Source: an uncultured Oscillospiraceae bacterium (GTDB lineage Bacteria; Bacillota; Clostridia; Oscillospirales; CAG-382). Taken from it: DNA of 57,677 bases. Shown here one piece after another: positions 55,543 through 57,677 of this stretch. The stretch spans positions 1-57,677 of the forward strand of contig CAZTNR010000002.1 of the NCBI GenBank assembly GCA_964614955.1, given 5' to 3'. The notes under the pieces were generated by a model that was given only the letters and a program-made list of their open reading frames with translations, searched no databases and was not told where the DNA came from. The translations under genes were made by a program, and so were the position numbers. Position 1 is the first letter of the stretch. Each line of letters begins with the position of its first letter.

Positions 55543-55760
55543 CTACTTTCTCATTGGACTGTACCTTTCTTTCTCAAATTTCTTTTCTGTAAGGTTGGAA
55601 TTTTACTGCCATTGGACTAAACCTTTCCTTCATAAAGTTTAAAACGAAAAGTCAACTGTTCATTGGTTCTTACCTTTTCCTTTTAGATTATGTATGAAAG
55701 TTACCTGTTCATTGGAGTGTACCTTCCTTTCCTCGCCTTTATTGTAACACACCTTCCTGT
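55543..55760. repeat. Degenerate tandem direct-repeat array: 4 clear units plus 1 decayed unit, period 49-58 bp
   Basis: Plus-strand cores are CATTGGACTGTACCTTTCTTTCTC (55552), CATTGGACTAAACCTTTCCTTC (55610), CATTGGTTCTTACCTTTTCCTTTT (55661) and CATTGGAGTGTACCTTCCTTTCCTC (55710). The decayed unit is ATTGTAACACACCTTCCTGT (55741). Each core's minus strand reads as a purine-rich SD-like tract, then CCAATG, then a stop 2 codons later in 3 of the 4 units. Confidence 0.8.
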
Positions 55761-55801
55761 AAAAAATCAAGTGGCATAATATGCAAAGTTTACAATTTAA
55801 A

Positions 55802-55830
55802 ATTGTATAATAAGTAGAAGTTGTTGTAAA
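55802..55830 (-). promoter_or_regulatory. Candidate minus-strand promoter reading into the repeat array
   Basis: Minus strand reads TTTACA (55830-55825), a 17-nt spacer, then TACAAT (55807-55802). Confidence 0.35.
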
Positions 55831-55844
55831 TACACAAAATGCTG

Positions 55845-55874
55845 TTGACAACCGGGAAGATTGTGTGATATCAT
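55845..55874 (+). promoter_or_regulatory. Candidate promoter of the histidine phosphatase gene
   Basis: TTGACA (55845-55850), an 18-nt spacer ending TGa, then TATCAT (55869-55874), ~80 nt upstream of ATG 55955. Confidence 0.4.
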
Positions 55875-55954
55875 TATTTTGATAGGGCATATAGAGATTG
55901 ACAAAAAATGTTTTTTTCTGTGCCTCCTGATTTTTGTAAGGCTACGGTGATAAT

Positions 55955-56638
55955 ATGAGAATTATTTTTGTCAGACACGGTCATCCTGATTATAAAAATG
56001 ACTGTCTTACGGAGCTTGGTCATATTCAGGCAGCTGCCTGTGCCGAAAGATTGAAAAATGAAAGTATTGATAAGTTTTATTCTTCTTCCTGCGGCAGAGC
56101 CTATGAAACTGCATTACATATTGCAGAGGGACGGAATATGCAGGTTGAAAAGCTTGACTTTATGCGTGAAATCGGTTGGGGACCCGTAGGCGGCAAGGGA
56201 GAAAACGGATATGATCCCTGGTCTCTGTCCGCAAGAATGGTTGACAGGGGACAAAGTCTTATGAGCCCCATGTGGCATCTCGAAGATCCTTTCATTACAT
56301 CTTTTACTTCCGAATGTTGTCTTAATGTCGGTAAAAATATAGATGTATGGCTTGAGACGCTTGGGTATAAACGTGACGGTGAGTTTTACCGAAAAAGCGG
56401 TGAAAAGTATAAGAATGTTTTGCTTGCAAGTCACGGCGGGTCGTCAACTGCGGCTCTTGCACATATATTTAATCTTCCTGTTCCTTTTATGAGCCGTGCT
56501 GTTTGTCCCAACTTTACTGCCATTACAATTGTGAGCTTCTATGGAGAAGAAGGAGCACTTGTTTGTCCTCAGTTTGAGATTGTAAACGATGCAAGACATA
56601 TCTTTGGAATAAATACTGAAAATGTATACGGTAACTAA
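55955..56638 (+). CDS. Histidine phosphatase superfamily protein (phosphoglycerate-mutase-like)
   Basis: 227 aa. The N-terminus MRIIFVRHGHPDY carries the RHG catalytic motif. A later SHGG motif (LLASHGGSS) is also present. Confidence 0.85.
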   Translation: MRIIFVRHGHPDYKNDCLTELGHIQAAACAERLKNESIDKFYSSSCGRAYETALHIAEGRNMQVEKLDFMREIGWGPVGGKGENGYDPWSLSARMVDRGQSLMSPMWHLEDPFITSFTSECCLNVGKNIDVWLETLGYKRDGEFYRKSGEKYKNVLLASHGGSSTAALAHIFNLPVPFMSRAVCPNFTAITIVSFYGEEGALVCPQFEIVNDARHIFGINTENVYGN

Positions 56639-56670
56639 CAAAAAAGCCTTGGTGTATGAGGTGTACTGTT

Positions 56671-56709
56671 AAGGACAATTTTTCAAAGTATTGAAAATTG
56701 TCCTTTTCT
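56671..56709 (+). terminator. Intrinsic terminator after the histidine phosphatase gene
   Basis: AAGGACAATTTTC-aaagtatt-GAAAATTGTCCTT, a 13-bp stem followed by TTCTCTT. Confidence 0.8.
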
Positions 56710-56710
56710 C

Positions 56711-56739
56711 TTGAATTTTCTATTTTAATATGATATAAT
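56711..56739 (+). promoter_or_regulatory. Promoter of the methyltransferase gene
   Basis: TTGAAT (56711-56716), a 17-nt spacer ending TGa, then TATAAT (56734-56739), 46 nt upstream of ATG 56785. Confidence 0.6.
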
Positions 56740-56784
56740 GGGATAAAATAGGTATCAAAAATTACCCAGAACAAGGTGGTTTAT

Positions 56785-57677
56785 ATGGCAAAGCAAGTTC
56801 ATTTAAGAATAGATGAGAGTGTGTATGAAAATTTATCTTCTTATGCTACAAGCACTAATCAATCAATACAAGATTGTTTTACAACTGCGGTTAAGCAGTT
56901 ATTAAATAACACAAAAAAAGACAAAGAAATCACAAGCGAACATTATACATTCATAGATTTATTTGCAGGAATCGGTGGCATGAGAATTGCATATGAAAAA
57001 GCAGGTGCAAGATGTGTATATTCAAACGAATGGAATAAGTATTGTCAAAAAACATATTATGCTAATTTTGGCGATCAGCCCGACGATGATATAACACAAG
57101 TAAATGCAGATACCGATATTCCACAACATGACATATTAGTGGCTGGTTTCCCATGTCAACCTTTTTCGATTGCCGGTGTTTCTAAAAAACAAAGTCTTGG
57201 AAGAGCAACCGGTTTTGAGGACAAAACACAAGGAACATTGTTTTTTGATGTATGCAGAGTTATTAAAACAAAAAGACCTAAAGCGTTTATGCTTGAAAAT
57301 GTAAAAAATCTCCAAAGTCACGATAAAGGAAATACATTTAAAATCATTTGCGAATCCCTTGAAGAACTTGATTATAGTGTCAGTTATGCAGTACTTGACG
57401 GAAAAAATTATGTTCCTCAGCATAGAGAAAGAATCATAATTGTTGGTTTTGATAAAAAAAGGTATGGTTCAGACATTAATTTTGATTTTATATTAAATCC
57501 ACCAAACAAACAGCCAAAAGTAAGTAATATATTGGAAACCTCCGTTGATGAACGATACACATTATCTGATAAGTTATGGACATATCTGCAGAACTACGCT
57601 TTAAAACACAAGGCTGCCGGAAATGGGTTTGGATATGGAATGGCACCGCTTGATGGAATAACAAGAACCATGAGTGC
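56785..57677 (+). CDS. DNA (cytosine-5)-methyltransferase; the 3' end lies outside the window
   Basis: Absent from the ORF track because no stop occurs before the window ends. RBS AAGGTGG is followed by ATG 56785. Motif I FIDLFAGIGGMR, motif IV GFPCQPFS, motif VI ENVKNL, motif VIII QHRERIIIVGF. The first ~45 aa form an extra N-terminal segment. Confidence 0.9.
   Translation, partial: MAKQVHLRIDESVYENLSSYATSTNQSIQDCFTTAVKQLLNNTKKDKEITSEHYTFIDLFAGIGGMRIAYEKAGARCVYSNEWNKYCQKTYYANFGDQPDDDITQVNADTDIPQHDILVAGFPCQPFSIAGVSKKQSLGRATGFEDKTQGTLFFDVCRVIKTKRPKAFMLENVKNLQSHDKGNTFKIICESLEELDYSVSYAVLDGKNYVPQHRERIIIVGFDKKRYGSDINFDFILNPPNKQPKVSNILETSVDERYTLSDKLWTYLQNYALKHKAAGNGFGYGMAPLDGITRTMS

Noticed and set aside
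55543-55760. Possible CRISPR array
   Set aside because: The repeats are only ~25 nt long and clearly degenerate rather than near-identical. The period is 49-58 bp and irregular. Only 4-5 units exist, and no cas genes or leader are visible.
55660-55890. 76-aa minus-strand ORF spanning two repeat units
   Set aside because: There is no RBS before its ATG, and the sequence is low-complexity (…NKGEERKVHSNEQ…KGKGKNQ). It reads straight through the repeat units in a frame different from the conserved ATGs. It is most likely a chance ORF.

Overview
This window looks like it comes from a low-GC Gram-positive anaerobe, probably a Clostridia-type organism. The signs are a single-chain PFOR, SLH cell-wall anchors, GGAGG-type RBSs, and TTGACA/TATAAT promoters. 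No rRNA, tRNA, CRISPR array, transposase or integrase was seen.

Left edge (1-7.9 kb): housekeeping or metabolic genes. These are a 5'-truncated acyl-CoA synthetase, pyruvate:ferredoxin oxidoreductase, and a convergent 981-aa putative glycoside hydrolase.

Centre (8.2-55.1 kb): one large surface-protein super-locus built from a few recurring modules that I cannot assign to named families.
- Three giant secreted proteins lie at 8373-16958, 17591-24640 and 45757-50838. The first is interrupted by a single in-frame TAG. The second is divided by a single in-frame TGA exactly at a domain boundary.
- A conserved 40-43-aa acidic small ORF precedes each of the first two giants.
- Seven individually transcribed SLH-anchored paralogues form a tandem array at 24745-44465.
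- Nine proteins or fragments share a ~320-aa C-terminal domain (KWWPHLLxEQ ... GVNIGFExHGNYD ... SYN).
- About 25 copies occur of a ~150-200-aa module ending ...RFDPxxxxGxxxIDYIRF.
- An AraC-family regulator sits inside the locus.
- The third giant is followed, operon-like, by an alkaline phosphatase fused to GLUG-like, Big_2 and locus-specific domains.
- Most paralogues are separated by a conserved element in which a terminator hairpin carries the -35 box of the next promoter.

Right edge (55.1-57.7 kb): the longest non-coding stretch of the window (~890 bp). It holds a degenerate tandem repeat array whose minus strand reads as SD + ATG + 2 codons + stop. Then come a histidine phosphatase and an AT-rich, 3'-truncated C5 DNA methyltransferase with an RHH-like N-terminus.

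All family calls rest on motifs recognised by eye. No database search or structure prediction was possible.
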